From the human T2T-CHM13v2.0 reference genome, Homo sapiens: a DNA stretch of 64,000 bases. Shown here piece after piece: positions 1-12,807 of this stretch. Both the position numbers and the translations under genes were made by a program. The DNA lies in the NCBI RefSeq assembly GCF_009914755.1, contig NC_060927.1. One strand, written 5' to 3'. The notes below the pieces were generated by a model. It saw nothing but the letters and a program-made list of their open reading frames with translations, ran no database searches and had not been told where the DNA came from. How positions within the stretch are numbered: position 1 is the first letter of the stretch; each line of letters starts with the position of its first letter.

Positions 1-126
1 TAGGTTTTACACCTGCCATTTTGCTATGTGCTTTATATAGGTCTTATGCCAACTTTGTTCCTTTGTTCCTCCATTACTGCCTTCTTTTGTGTTAAATGTA
101 TTTAGTATGCCATTTTAATTCCCTCA

Positions 127-184
127 GTGTGTGTGTGTCTGTGTGTGTGTGTGTGCGCGTGTGTGTGTGTGTGTGTGTGTGTGT
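127..184. repeat. Imperfect (TG)n microsatellite
   Basis: direct reading; interrupted by TC and CGCG. Confidence 0.95.
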
Positions 185-256
185 TTTTATTATAGGGCAG
201 GTCTACAAATAGAAAATTCTCTCTGTTTTTATCTGAGAATGTCTTGATTTCTTCTT

Positions 257-585
257 CTTTTTTTTTTTTTTTTTTTTTTGAGACAGGGTCTTGCCCCGTC
301 ACACAGGCTGGGGTGCTGTGGCACAATCATAGCTCACTGCCACCACAGTCTTCCCAGGCTCAAGCGATTCTCCCACCTCAGCCTCCCAAGTCATTGGGAC
401 TACATGTGCACACCACCACACCAGCTAGTTTTTCTTTTTTTTTTTCTTTTTTTTTTTAAATTTATTGTTGTAGAGATGGGGTCTCGCTATGTTGCTCAGG
501 CTAGTATCAAGTTCCTGGGCTCAAGCAATCCTCCCATCTCAGCCTCTCAAAGTGCTAGGATTACAGACATGAGCCACTGTGCTTT
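257..585 (-). mobile_element. AluJ-like
   Basis: poly-T then gagacagggtcttgc...ggattacagacatgagccac; diverged. Confidence 0.9.
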
Positions 586-1554
586 GCAGTTTCTTTAGTT
601 TTGAATGGTAGTTTTGCTGGCTGTAGGATTCTTTGTTGATGGTCTTTCATTTCAGACTTTGAATATTTCTGCTGTCTGCCTTCTGGCCTCCACTATATCT
701 GATGATGTCACCTTTTCATATTATTGAGGGTTGTTTGTTGTTTTTCTCTTGTTGCTTTCAAGATTCTCTTTATTTTTGGCTTTTGACACTTTTGATTCTA
801 ATGTGGCTCTATGCGAATCTCTTTGATTTTATCCCCTGTAGAGTTTGTTGAGCTTCTTGGCTGTGTAAAGATTTTTTCATCAATTTTGGAAAGTTTTTGC
901 CCATTATTTCTTCCCATTTCTCTTTCTCTTTTCCTTCTGGCACTACCACTGTGTGTGTGTTTATACCCTTAATGATGCCCCACAGGTATCTGAGGCTCTG
1001 TTCATTTGTCTTCATTCTTTTTTCTTTTTGTTTTTCCTACTTGAGATAATCTCAGTTAACTTGGCTTCAAATTTGCTGATTCTTCTGCTAGCTCAGATCT
1101 GCTGCTGAGCCCCTTTAGTGAATTTTTCATTTCAGTTATTGTATTCTTCAATCCTAGAATTTATATTCGGTGTACTTTAAGTAATTTCTACCCTTTTTGT
1201 TGGCATCCTCTATTTGGTGAGTCATTGTTCTTACACTTTCCTTTAATTCTTTAAGTGTGATTTCCTTCATTTCTTTGTTTAAAGTATTTTCCAAGCAAGT
1301 CCAATGTTTGAGCTACCTCAGGAAAAGTTTTTATTTACTTCTTTTTGCCCGTGTATGGGCCATACTTTCCTATTTTTTTATATCTTATAATATTTTGTTG
1401 AAAACTGGACATTTTAATTAATTTGGCAACTCTGGAAATCAGATCCCTTCCCCACATCCCCAGGGCTTGTTATTGTTGCTTTTTATTGCTTTATGTTGTT
1501 GATGATGCTTGTTTCTTTTTTTAGTGACATTATTGGACTCATTGCTTTTTGGGG

Positions 1555-1839
1555 TTTTTTTAGACAGGGTCTTGCTGTATTGCTCAGGCTGTAGTACAGT
1601 GATGTGATCAGAGCTCACTACAACCTTGCCTGGACTCAAGAAATCCTCCCACTTCAACCTGCTGAGTAGCTTGGATTACAGGCATGCACCACCACATGCA
1701 GCTAATTTTTTAATTTTTTGTAAAGATGGGGATCTTGCTATGTTTCCCAAGCTGGTTCCAAACTCCTGGCCTCAAGTGATCCTGTTGCCTCAGCCTCCCA
1801 AAGCACTAGGATTACAGATGTGAGCCACCATGCCTGGAC
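1555..1839 (-). mobile_element. AluJ-like
   Basis: agacagggtcttgc...gagccaccatgcctgg. Confidence 0.88.
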
Positions 1840-2647
1840 CCATTCTTTAATATCTGTATTTTTTAACTATATGCAGTCACTAAAGTCTCCATGCAGTTAG
1901 TTAATGATCAGCTAATAACTGAACAGATATTTTCTTAAATGCCTTAAATCAATAACTCTCCGCATTTTGTAAAGTGTTTTTTTTATGTGTATGTGTTGGG
2001 GCTCACTGTCATTGCTCCAGCACTTTTCAGTTCAGCCATAGCCTTCACTTCCTGCTTGCCCAGAGCCTCAAGGTCAGCACAGGTGAGAGATTAGGCCTTC
2101 TCAGGCCTTCCCTAGGAATGTGCACAGCCCTGCACTCATGTGTGGCCTTCTAGATTCCCAGGAATATGTCAGAGCTTTTCAAGGCCCCCTATGGATATTT
2201 CATTCCTCAGATTTTCCTTATAATTTTTTTTTTTTAGCCATTCTCTGGTTTGCCCGAAATGACATGGCTGCTTCATGCAGCTGGGATGTTAAATTATATG
2301 GGTTTTTTTTTTTGTTTTTTTTTTCTCTCCAACAAATGCCTTGGGTATAGAGTTTTCCTCACTGAGTGAGCTCTGAGTCAGGTTAAATTAAGACAAGCCC
2401 TATGAATGGAGTTTTTCCAGGAAGCTGCCAAGCAGGTCAAATAATAACAATTCTGGGGGGTCAGGACTTTTTGTAGGAGTTCCAAAACCATTCTGTCCCT
2501 TCTAATGGCTGCTAGGCTCTGGTTTTCATGACTTTCATGATTCTACAGCAGCTTGTTTTTAAGGCTACTGTGGAGGTGGGAGGGGAAGGGAATAGTGCAA
2601 GTTAAAAATGCAACAAAACTCATTGTTATTATTCATCCATTTTTCTT

Positions 2648-4107
2648 TTTTTTTTTTTTTATTGATCATTCTTGGGTGTTTCTCGCAGAGGGGGATTTGG
2701 CAGGGTCATAGGACAATAGTGGAGGGAAGGTCAGCAGATAAACAAGTGAACAAAGGTCTCTGGTTTTCCTAGGCAGAGGACCCTGCGGCCTTCCGCAGTG
2801 TTTGTGTCCCTGAGTACTTGAGATTAGGGAGTGGTGATGACTCTTAACGAGCATGCTGCCTTCAAGCATCTGTTTAACAAAGCACATCTTGCACCGCCCT
2901 TAATCCATTTAACCCTGAGTGGACACAGCACATGTTTCAGAGAGCACAGGGTTGGGGGTAAGGTCATAGATCAACAGGATCCCAAGGCAGAAGAATTTTT
3001 CTTAGTACAGAACAAAATGAAAAGTCTCCCACGTCTACTTCTTTCTACACAGACACAGCAACCATCCCATTTCTCAATCTTTTCCCCACCTTTCCCCCTT
3101 TTCTATTCCACAAAACCGCCATTGTCATCATGGCCCGTTCTCAATGAGCTGTTGGGTACACCTCCCAGACGGGGTGGTGGCCGGGCAGAGGGGCTCCTCA
3201 CTTCCCAGTAGGGGCAGCTGCCGGGCGGAGGGGCTCCTCACTTCTCAGACGGGGCGGCTGCCGGGCGGAGGGGCTCCTCACTTCTCAGACGGGGCGGCTG
3301 CCGGGCGGAGGGTCTCCTCACTTCTCAGACGGGGCGGCCGGGCAGAGACGCTCCTCACCTCCCAGACGGGGTCGCGGCCGGGCAGAGGTGCTCCTCACAT
3401 CCCAGACGGGGCGGCGGGGCAGAGGCGCTCCCCACATCTCAGACGATGGGTGGCCGGGCAGAGACGCTTCTCACTTCCTAGATGGGATGGCGGGCGGGCA
3501 GAGACGCTCCTCACTTTCCAGACTGCGCAGCCAGGCAGAGGGGCTCCTCACATCCCAGACAATGGGCAGCCAGGCAGAGACGCTCCTCACTTCCCAGACG
3601 GGGTGGCGGCCGGGCAGAGGCTGCAATCTCGGCACTTTGGGAGGCCAAGGCAGGCAGCTGGGAGGTAGAGGTTGTAGCAAGCCGAGATCACGCCACTGCA
3701 CTCCAGCCTGGGCACCATTGAGCACTGAGTGAACGAGACTCCGTCTGCAATCCCGGCACCTCAGGAGGCCGAGGCTGGCGGATCACTTGCGGTTAGGAGC
3801 TGGAGACCAGCCCGGCCAACCCAGCGAAACCCCGTCTCCACCAAAAAAATACGAAAACCAGTCAGGCGTGGCGGCGCGCGCCTGCAATCGCAGGCACTCG
3901 GCAGGCTGAGGCAGGAGAATCAGGCAGGGAGGTTGCAGTGAGCCGAGATGGCAGCAGTACAGTCCAGCTTCGGCTCGGCATCAGAGGGAGACCATGGAAA
4001 GAGAGGGAGAGGGAGACCGTGGGGAGAGGGAGAGGGAGAGGGAGAGCGAGAGCGAGAGCGAGAGCGAGAGCGAGAGCTCTTTGTTTCTTACAGAGCGTAC
4101 ATGGGAC
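2648..4107 (-). mobile_element. Full-length SVA retrotransposon, antisense to DOCK3: poly-A, SINE-R about 2661-3160, VNTR about 3160-3620, Alu-like about 3620-3990, hexamer 4001-4076, 31-nt 5' extension
   Basis: SINE-R attgatcattcttgggtgtttctcgcagag; GC-rich VNTR ctcctcacttcYcagacgggg; (AGAGGG)n; 15-bp TSD TCATCCATTTTTCTT at 2633-2647 and 4108-4122. Confidence 0.97.
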
Positions 4108-4654
4108 TCATCCATTTTTCTTGAGTAAACATTTCTTGGATTGTCACAAGCCTTTGGTTAACCAGTATTAGCCACCCCATTGCTTTCATGGACAAGCAGA
4201 TTTTCAGAGGTCTTTACTCTGCCATTCCTAAAGTACCTCTCCCATCATCGTGTTCTTAATATCCAAAAAAGCATGTTCTTACAATCAAACGCTCAGGGGC
4301 CATGCCCCAGAAAATGAAGCCCATGGACTCAGTCGGACACCAGTTTGGCTAGACCTTAGTCTGTCCCATGCTTTGGGCTTTGTGGGTATAAAGTGGGTAT
4401 AGAGCTGCTTTGGGCACTGTGGGTATAGAGCTACCTCTGTTCTGCCCAGTTTGGGTCTGCTTCCATCTGGCCTGTGAGAGTACCCAGAACTCACTCTCAT
4501 GTAGCCCTCTAAGAGAGAAACAACTCACAGAGAGAACCAGATCTAACTCACTGGTCCCACCCATTGTCATGATCTAGTGGCGGCCAGGAGTGGCCTATTG
4601 AGGAGATGCATATTGTGGTGGTGGTGTCTCACATCAGCTTTCCTCTGCTGTCAG

Positions 4655-4749
4655 GAATTTCTGCTGAAGATTTTTTGCGTGTTCCGGAACCTGATGAAGA
4701 TGAGTGTCTTCCCTCGGGACTGGATGGTAATGAGACTGCTCACAAGCAA
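4655..4749 (+). CDS. DOCK3: DOCK3 coding exon (95 nt) EFLLKIFCVFRNLMKMSVFPRDWMVMRLLTS(N)
   Basis: tcag|GAA acceptor, AA|gtaagt donor; peptide recognised as DOCK3; phase continuous with next exon. Confidence 0.96.
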
Positions 4750-6079
4750 GTAAGTATGGAAGGGCTCTGTATCAGCATCACTGAGCTGTTCTCAGACTAA
4801 GAAGAGTATGTGTATTTCAGAGAGGGAGCACATGAGCAAGACAAATAAAGGCCAGGGCCATGGGAACAGAGAGGAGAGGGCAAATGAGAAAAACATTTTT
4901 GTGCTTAGTAGATGATGGCACAGTAAGGATAGAGAAGAAAATTTTCAGGATGTGAAATATAATATCCAGAGAAGGGTTCTTCCTTGAGGAAGGCCTGCTC
5001 AGTGGCCCACTGGCCTCTGCTGCCCTATAGGTTTGGGCATTATCCCAAGCCTTCTTCTCAGTTTGAATTGTGTTGTCTACCAGGCAGTGCTTGCCTCCCA
5101 TAGACAGTGCCAGTTATCCACCTGAGACCTGGCTGCAAGGCTCTGACCACTTCTGATTACTGACATAGAATTTACTCTAAAGATAATCCTAACCTGACTG
5201 CCTCATTTATATTTCTAGCTTGTGCTTCCTCCTGGCAAACCAGACAAATGATGCATGTGGTAAGGGGCTGGCTCATCTGGTCTCTCTCTATTCAGCAGAA
5301 GGCTACTTGGCCTCCACACTCTAGCCCATTGCCTCCTCCCACTGATCTGCCTTTTATATTGACATATAAAATACAGTGAAAGTGTCTGTTAGATATATTA
5401 GCAAGATACTAGCATGGTCTTTCCACTTTACACCTTTTATAAGCACTGTAACTTTTTCCAAAATACAAATGTTTTATAAAGAATAGAAGGATGATTGTAA
5501 ACAAAGTTGCACAGATACTTCCTCAAATAGTGACTTTTCCATTTGAATCTTTCTTGTTTCTATCTCTTAGCTCCATTCAGAGCACTTCAGGCTCCCCAGC
5601 TTGTCCTGCAAGAGCAGCTTTTTCTTTCAAAGCTTTGACCCTTTAAATTTTTCACCCCCTCTAGTGGTGGACTAGTCTTTCTAATGCACTGTTTTTGTCA
5701 TGTTCTTCTGCATCTAAGCAGAGGTGGCCACTGTTAGATGTAAGTCTCTTTGCCAGGTAGCCAAGGCCCTATGTAATGAAACGTACTGTCCCACTAGACT
5801 TCCTCTCCACTTCACTCTCTTGTTCCAGCAGGACAGCCTCCCATTGTCCCTTCTATGTGCCCAGGCTGAGATTGAGAGTGATTACTCAAGCTAGACCAAA
5901 AGAGCTGAATTCAAATGACACATAGATGAAAATAATAGTATATGACAAAAGCAAAGATTTATTAACTATATAAACCCCTGTTATCCAGTATAATAATAAA
6001 ATTATGTTCTAAATCCTACAAAGTGATCATAATATCTCTTGATTACCCAGAGATCCCCAAAATACTAGAACTACTCTGA

Positions 6080-6220
6080 ACTGGGAGAAACCTTAAAGAA
6101 CCATCGATCTCCTACCACCTTTTATAGGCAGGGAAAATGAGACCCAGAGAGAAGTATGAAGGCCAGGTAATGACAGAACTAGGTCTAGAACCCACTGATG
6201 TCCTGTGCTGTCCTGCCAAC
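6080..6220 (-). mobile_element. MIR fragment
   Basis: core-like ttttataggcagggaaaatgagacccagagag...ctagaaccca. Confidence 0.6.
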
Positions 6221-6426
6221 TGTGGGGCATTTCTCCAAGACTGGTTTTCTGTAGAGATTTTTTCTATAGAGTTTGTACCATTTTCTCTTTCCTTTATAGT
6301 CACATCTTACATGGGAACAAATTGTACTCAAGAAGTTTGCACACAGGCTATAGACAGCTGATACCAAGCCATCAGATGCCATTGTTAGTCTTTTAATTCT
6401 GCCAATGCCTTGTTTCCTTACTGCAG

Positions 6427-6502
6427 TATTATAGTCACTACTGTCCAGTACCTGTCCTCTGCACTGCACAAGAATTTCACAGAGACTGACTTTGACTTTA
6501 AG
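6427..6502 (+). CDS. DOCK3: DOCK3 coding exon (76 nt) IIVTTVQYLSSALHKNFTETDFDFK
   Basis: ctgcag| acceptor, AAG|gtaggc donor, phase 2 to 0. Confidence 0.96.
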
Positions 6503-6898
6503 GTAGGCACTCCTGAAATATCCATCACTATTATTGCAATAACCTTAGAAAGCCAAAACCAAGCTCACTTGTTTTTTGCTTTATTAATAGATTCATAGTA
6601 TCAAACAGCTTCCAAGCCTGATGATGATTAGAATATGACCTGGGATACCCCTGTTGGAAGTGTTGGTAGCCAAACTCCATGAGTATGCTTTCTAGTCCAG
6701 AATCAACACAATTGGCTTCAGAAGGAGTTAAGGGGGAAAAAAAGAAAAATTCTTGTTTGCAAAGATATTTAAAAGGGAAAAAAAATGAGGATCTTAAGAT
6801 TGTAAAATGGGTTCTATGCTACATGCATGTATTTAGTAACGCTCCCTACAAGATTAAGTTCTTAGACTGTCACATTTTCTCTTTCTCTGTCTGTCTAG

Positions 6899-6999
6899 GT
6901 GTGGAATTCTTACTTTAGCCTGGCAGTTCTATTCATAAATCAGCCAAGCCTTCAGCTAGAAATTATCACCTCAGCCAAAAGGAAGAAGATTCTAGATAA
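6899..6999 (+). CDS. DOCK3: DOCK3 coding exon (101 nt) VWNSYFSLAVLFINQPSLQLEIITSAKRKKILD(K)
   Basis: polyY-ctag| acceptor, AA|gtaaga donor. Confidence 0.96.
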
Positions 7000-7266
7000 G
7001 TAAGATAAACGTCTTATATTCATCTCCTTACCACTTGGCCAAATAGGGCTATGTTTCGTTGAGAGTTCTTTCAGAGGTCCACAAGGTTCTCAGCTGGGTG
7101 GTTTCCCAGGGGCCCAAGTGTGGGAGTTCAGTCGAGAGCCCAAAGGCTTAGCGCATTGGGAAGCATTAGAAACAAACAGTGCTGAAGTCCTGGCCTCATG
7201 GGTTTGCAGCCCTATCCTCCTGAACCTTCTCCCACTAACGGTTGGCTCCTGTGTTACTATTCTTAG

Positions 7267-7325
7267 GTATGGGGACATGCGTGTAATGATGGCCTATGAA
7301 CTGTTCAGCATGTGGCAGAATTTGG
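7267..7325 (+). CDS. DOCK3: DOCK3 coding exon (59 nt) YGDMRVMMAYELFSMWQNL(G)
   Basis: cttag| acceptor, G|gtaggt donor. Confidence 0.96.
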
Positions 7326-9402
7326 GTAGGTTTTTTCTCCCTATTCTTCCCTTCTATATATTGCATAGCCAAATAGAAAGTAGCAAGACTAATAACATCT
7401 CCCAGGCTTTATGAATGTTAATTCAGGCCCAAGAGATCCTTACATATCTTTCACATAACACCTCAGATGGATGGTGTAGCACATGTGCATAAAGCCCTTG
7501 GCAAGGAGAGTTTGTCTGAGAAATAAGACCTCAGTAATACATATGCCAAATCCCTTTTTTTAGGAACTAAAGTCAAAAGAAAAAAAAGAAAAGGAGGGCT
7601 GTAGTAGTTTTTTCCAATTTGAGAACCCATTCCTATAAGATCCTCCATGCTCTTCACTTCCCAGTCTGGATGTTGCAGGCTCAAAAGCTTAGATCTGAGA
7701 TACCCAGTACATGAGCAAAGGTGGCTATTAATTTTAATAAAGATTGAAACATTTATTGGATCTCTGGTATTCATGCATCCAGATCAGATACTTGACACCA
7801 GTTGCATGGAGTAACATATAAGAAGAGAACTGCAACCTCTGGGTGAGATCAGTTTTGGCTTCCCTTCTTTGCACAGCTTCTGCTTTGAATGCTTTGAAAA
7901 TAGCCACTGCTTTGAATCTAAATTTGTCAGATCAGTGTTTTTGGTAGAATTTCTGGGTTGCCCTGGTGACTGAGTGGGCCATCCTGTGATATTGTAGAGT
8001 TCTGAGTGGCCTGTCAAGATGCTGGAGAACTATTATTATTTCAAGTGAAGTCTGCTTTCAGCTGAGCTCATGGTTCTGAAGCTGTAGGAATGATGGTCAT
8101 AAAATCTCCAGTCCTCTGTTAACCATCCCCACCACTAACCTAGAGGCAGCAAGTAGGATATGAAGTATTTCTGCCGGCGAGAGGGCCTTCTATTCATGAG
8201 TGGGGATGCATTTCCCCAATCAGACTTTCCAACACTCTGGTTCCCTGTATCCAGCACAGTTTGGAAATGGATTTTAACCCAAAGTTGACTCTGAAATTCC
8301 CAGGAATGCAAGAGACTGGCTACTGTGCCAAGTACCAAAATTGGAATATGCTGAACCAGCCTCAGGGCTAAACATTTGCTTCTTAGAATTTTTTTTAATA
8401 CCAGATTTGCCTGATAAAGCCTTTTCTGCCTCATTTCTTTTGGTGGAAATGACATTCTCTGGTCCCCAAGAAATGGTTTTACTTGGCCGTAGCATTCATT
8501 GCACAGACCCACAGTTTATCTCCTCAATAGTCTCTGAAGGACTGAGAGCAGAGCTCTGAAAGATGGTTCACTCTGTTTTACCATTGCAAGGAAGAGAAAA
8601 ATCCTATCCCACCATCCACAGGACTGTCTCTGGCTTCTGGTAACATACCCTAGATGGCACGCCAATGAGAGGGAAACCCACATCACACACTTACCATGGA
8701 AATGCTTCATTAAGGAAGTTGAGGGTTGAGCTGAGCCAAGTAGGTGTAATGGCACCATCAGAAATGCAATATGAACACAAAGGGAGTTCAGGGTGGGTAA
8801 AGAGAGAATCTCTAAGCCAGCCTTTTAGGGTAGGGCTGTGCAGGAGACTCCTGCTAGCTCAGGAGGAGGACTTCTTTGGCATACATGAACATAGGCAGTG
8901 TAAAAATCCATGGACTTATTAGACGTCTGGTGGCTAGACCAGGGACTGGATATCCTCATCACTTAAATGTCTCTGGGCTAGAGCTAGAAACTCCAAGGAG
9001 AGTGCATTGTATTTAAGCAGAAATATTGGGTTTTTCTTGTTAAATAAACACTGTGAATAGACCATCTGACACTCATAGGTTACTCAGAAACCTATTCTGT
9101 CTAGAGTAGCAAACTCTGTTCCTTCATCTCAGAGAGATTTTCAGGTAGTTTGTGGGACTGTCAGGAAATTCTTTGGAAAAGCAGTTTTGTGACAGTTGCG
9201 CATTTGCTTTCACTGGGCTAGGCCAACTTTATCCATAAACTCTAAAAAGTTGAGGGAGAGTACCTCAGAAAACCATAGGGGAGAGCTTGTTTTGCTCTCA
9301 GAAGCTTCCAGTATGGATTGTAGCATGTGTTGTGGCCCCATTTGGGAATCTTCCATGGAAGGAGCAAAGCAGGCATAAACTAATTTGGGTTTTGTTTTTC
9401 AG

Positions 9403-9551
9403 GTGAACATAAGATCCACTTTATTCCGGGAATGATTGGTCCTTTTCTGGGTGTGACACTGGTCCCACAGCCAGAAGTACGGAATATCATGATTCCCATC
9501 TTTCATGACATGATGGACTGGGAGCAGAGAAAAAATGGCAACTTCAAACAG
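9403..9551 (+). CDS. DOCK3: DOCK3 coding exon (149 nt) EHKIHFIPGMIGPFLGVTLVPQPEVRNIMIPIFHDMMDWEQRKNGNFKQ
   Basis: ttttcag| acceptor, CAG|gtaaga donor. Confidence 0.97.
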
Positions 9552-11688
9552 GTAAGACACCTGGCAGTGTTCGGGGTATTCTCTGGAATGGATCCCTTCT
9601 GCTTAGGCAGGTGGCCTAGATGACCAAGCCATGATTCTAGTGGGGATGGGCTGTAGTTTGGCTAATTTGAATCCTGTTCAAGGGTTTTCCCTTACTTGCT
9701 GGCCAAAATTGATTTGTGGATTTTCTCCATGAAGTTAGAGGCCAGAAAATAATGAGGCCAGGAAAGAATGAACATCACTATAACTTTCTGATCAAGGAAT
9801 GATTGAGACTGTAGCCTCCCAGTTTCAATCATGATAGGGCCCTGGGAGTGTGATGTCATTCCTTTACTGAGGATTTTCACTGTATAATCCAGGCATTTCT
9901 AGGGCTGCAGCCCAGACCAGATGACTTCTCATGGCTCAGGGTAGCCCAGCATTTTATAGACTACTGCACAGAGGGGTTGGTCCAGGAGATACAGGCCCCT
10001 TGGCTTCCAACTGAATGGCTTCAGGCTGTCCTCCTGTGTAGTTCTTTTGCCACCACTAAGTGTAGGAGATGGCCCCTGCCTTTATATCTGTAGCTCCAGG
10101 GGATAGTACCAGGACCAATAGGGGCTAATGATGAGGAAGCCAATTTTAGCTAATCAAATAAATAACTTGCTAACAGCAAAAACTGTCCACTGTAAGCAGG
10201 CCTGCTTTGGGAGATAGAGATTTTCTCTCTTGGCAGATGATCTTCAAGCAGAAGCTCCCAGGAAACCTCTAGGGGAATTTTCTGTATTGGCTTGGGAATT
10301 GTACCAGTTCCCCACTAAGCTCCTTCCGAGCCTGTGATTCTGGGATGAACCAGTGGTCTATTTAGAATAGGTGACTGTAACAGTGAGAAGTAGACCAGGC
10401 AAACAGTAATTTTTAAATATTTATTTATTTTTAAATTTACATAGAGTAAAATGTATTCTTCTTGATTTACAGTTCTATGTGTTTTGGCAAATGCATAGTC
10501 GTGTAACCACTACCACAATCAAGAGTTTTTGAATACTTAAAAATTCAGTCTTGCTGTCTATTTGTAGTCAAACCCTTCCCCTGTTCTTAACAAATGCAAC
10601 CATAGGTCTGCTCTTCATCACTATAGTTGTGCCTTTTCTAGACTGTCATATAAATGGAATCAAGCAAAGTGCAGCCTTTTGAGACTGGCCCCTTTCACTT
10701 AGCATAATGCTTTGAGAAATTAATCCATGTCACTGCATGTATCAGTAGCTTTTCTATGCTGAGTAGTATTTAGTTCATTCATTCACCATTTGAAAGACAT
10801 TTGGGTTATTTCCTCTTTTGTGGATTATAAATAAAGCTACTAAAAACATTTCTTTACAGGTTTTTGTATGCATATAAGCTTTCATTTTTCTTGAGTGAAT
10901 ACTTAGGAATAGGATTGTTGGGCCTTGTGACAAGTGTGTAATTAGCTTTCGAAGAGGTTCTCAAACTCTTTTCTAAAATAGCTATACCATTTTGAAGTCT
11001 CAGCAGCAGTATATAATCGATTGCTCCGCATACTAACCAGTACTTAGTATTATCTGTTCGTTTGTTTTAGCCATTCTAATAGGTGTGTAGTTGTATATCA
11101 TTGTGGTTTTCATTTCTATTTCCCTAGTGACTAATGGTGTTGAGCATCTTTTCATATGCTTATATACCATCTTTATGCTTCTTTGGTAAAATGAGTTCAA
11201 AGCTTTTGTTCATTTTCATTTGAGTTGCTGCTTTCCTTATTGTTGAATTGTAGGGTTCTTTATATATTCTGTATGTAAGTCCTTTGTTGAGCATATGATT
11301 TACAGATATTTTCTGCAAATCTTTAGCTTATCTTTTCATTTACTAAACAATATCTTTCTTAGAACAAAAGTTTTTAATTTTTATGAAGTCCAGTTTGTCA
11401 ATGTTTTTCTTTTATAGATCATGCTTTTGGGGTCATACCCCAAGAACTTTTTCTTAACATAGGGCCACAAAAATTTTTCTCCTGTCTTTTCTTCTAGAAG
11501 TTTTATAGTTTTACATTTTAAATTTAGATCTATGATCTATTTTGAGTTGATTTCTGTATAAGGTATGAAGGATGGATCAGGTTCTTTTTTTTATTTTGCA
11601 ACAAGATGTCCAATTATTCCAGCATCTTTTGTTGAAAAGAGTATCCTTTCTTCAGTTGTCTTTCTGCCTTGGTCAAAAACCAATTGCC

Positions 11689-12224
<536 letters not shown>

Positions 12225-12520
12225 AAAAATCAATTGACCATATTTGTGTGAATCTCTTTCTAGACTCTAGTCCTTCCGTAGATCAGTATGTTTATTCTTT
12301 CATCAATACCACGCTATCTTATTATAGTAGCTTTATAGTTAGTCTTAAAACCACATGGTGTGAGTCTGTCTTCCAGTTTTGTCCTTTTTTTTTCAGTATT
12401 GTGTTAGCTATCTAATTCTTTTTCCTTTTTTAAATAAATTTAGAATCAGCATGTCGATATCTATAACATTCCTGCTGAGATTTTGACTGGGATTGCAGTG
12501 ATTCTATAAATCAAATTGGG

Positions 12521-12807
12521 GGCCGGGCACAGTGGCTATGCCTGTAATCCCAGCACTTTGGGAGGCCAAGGCAGGTGGAACATTTGAGATCAGGAATTTG
12601 AGAGCAGCCTGGCCAACACAGTGAAACCCCATCTCTACTAAAAACATAAAAATTAACCGGGCGTGGTGGCAGGTGCCTGTAATCCCAGCTACTTAGGAGG
12701 CTGAGGCAGGAGAATTGCTTGAACCCAGGAAAGGGAGATTGCAGTGATCTGAGATCGCACCACTGCTCACCAGTCTGGGCAACAGAGCAAGACTCTGTCT
12801 CAAAAAA
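12521..12807 (+). mobile_element. AluS
   Basis: ggccgggcacagtgg start; TSD ATCAAATTGGG. Confidence 0.93.

Larger units (their letters stand above)
1..2632 (-). mobile_element. Ancient L1M-type LINE remnant (ORF1/5' region), interrupted by two Alus and the SVA; appears to resume at about 4123-4250
   Basis: 809-1015 minus translates as degenerate L1 ORF1p (NEQSLRYLWGIIK...VPEG...NFPKL). Confidence 0.7.

Noticed and set aside
2666-4171. Cluster of 70-174 aa ORFs, incl. an RG/RA dipeptide run
   Set aside because: All lie within SVA SINE-R, VNTR, Alu-like or hexamer sequence; GC-rich repeats lack stops by chance
4606-4800. 64-aa ORF overlapping the first exon
   Set aside because: Wrong frame; the DOCK3 frame is fixed by splice phase and protein identity
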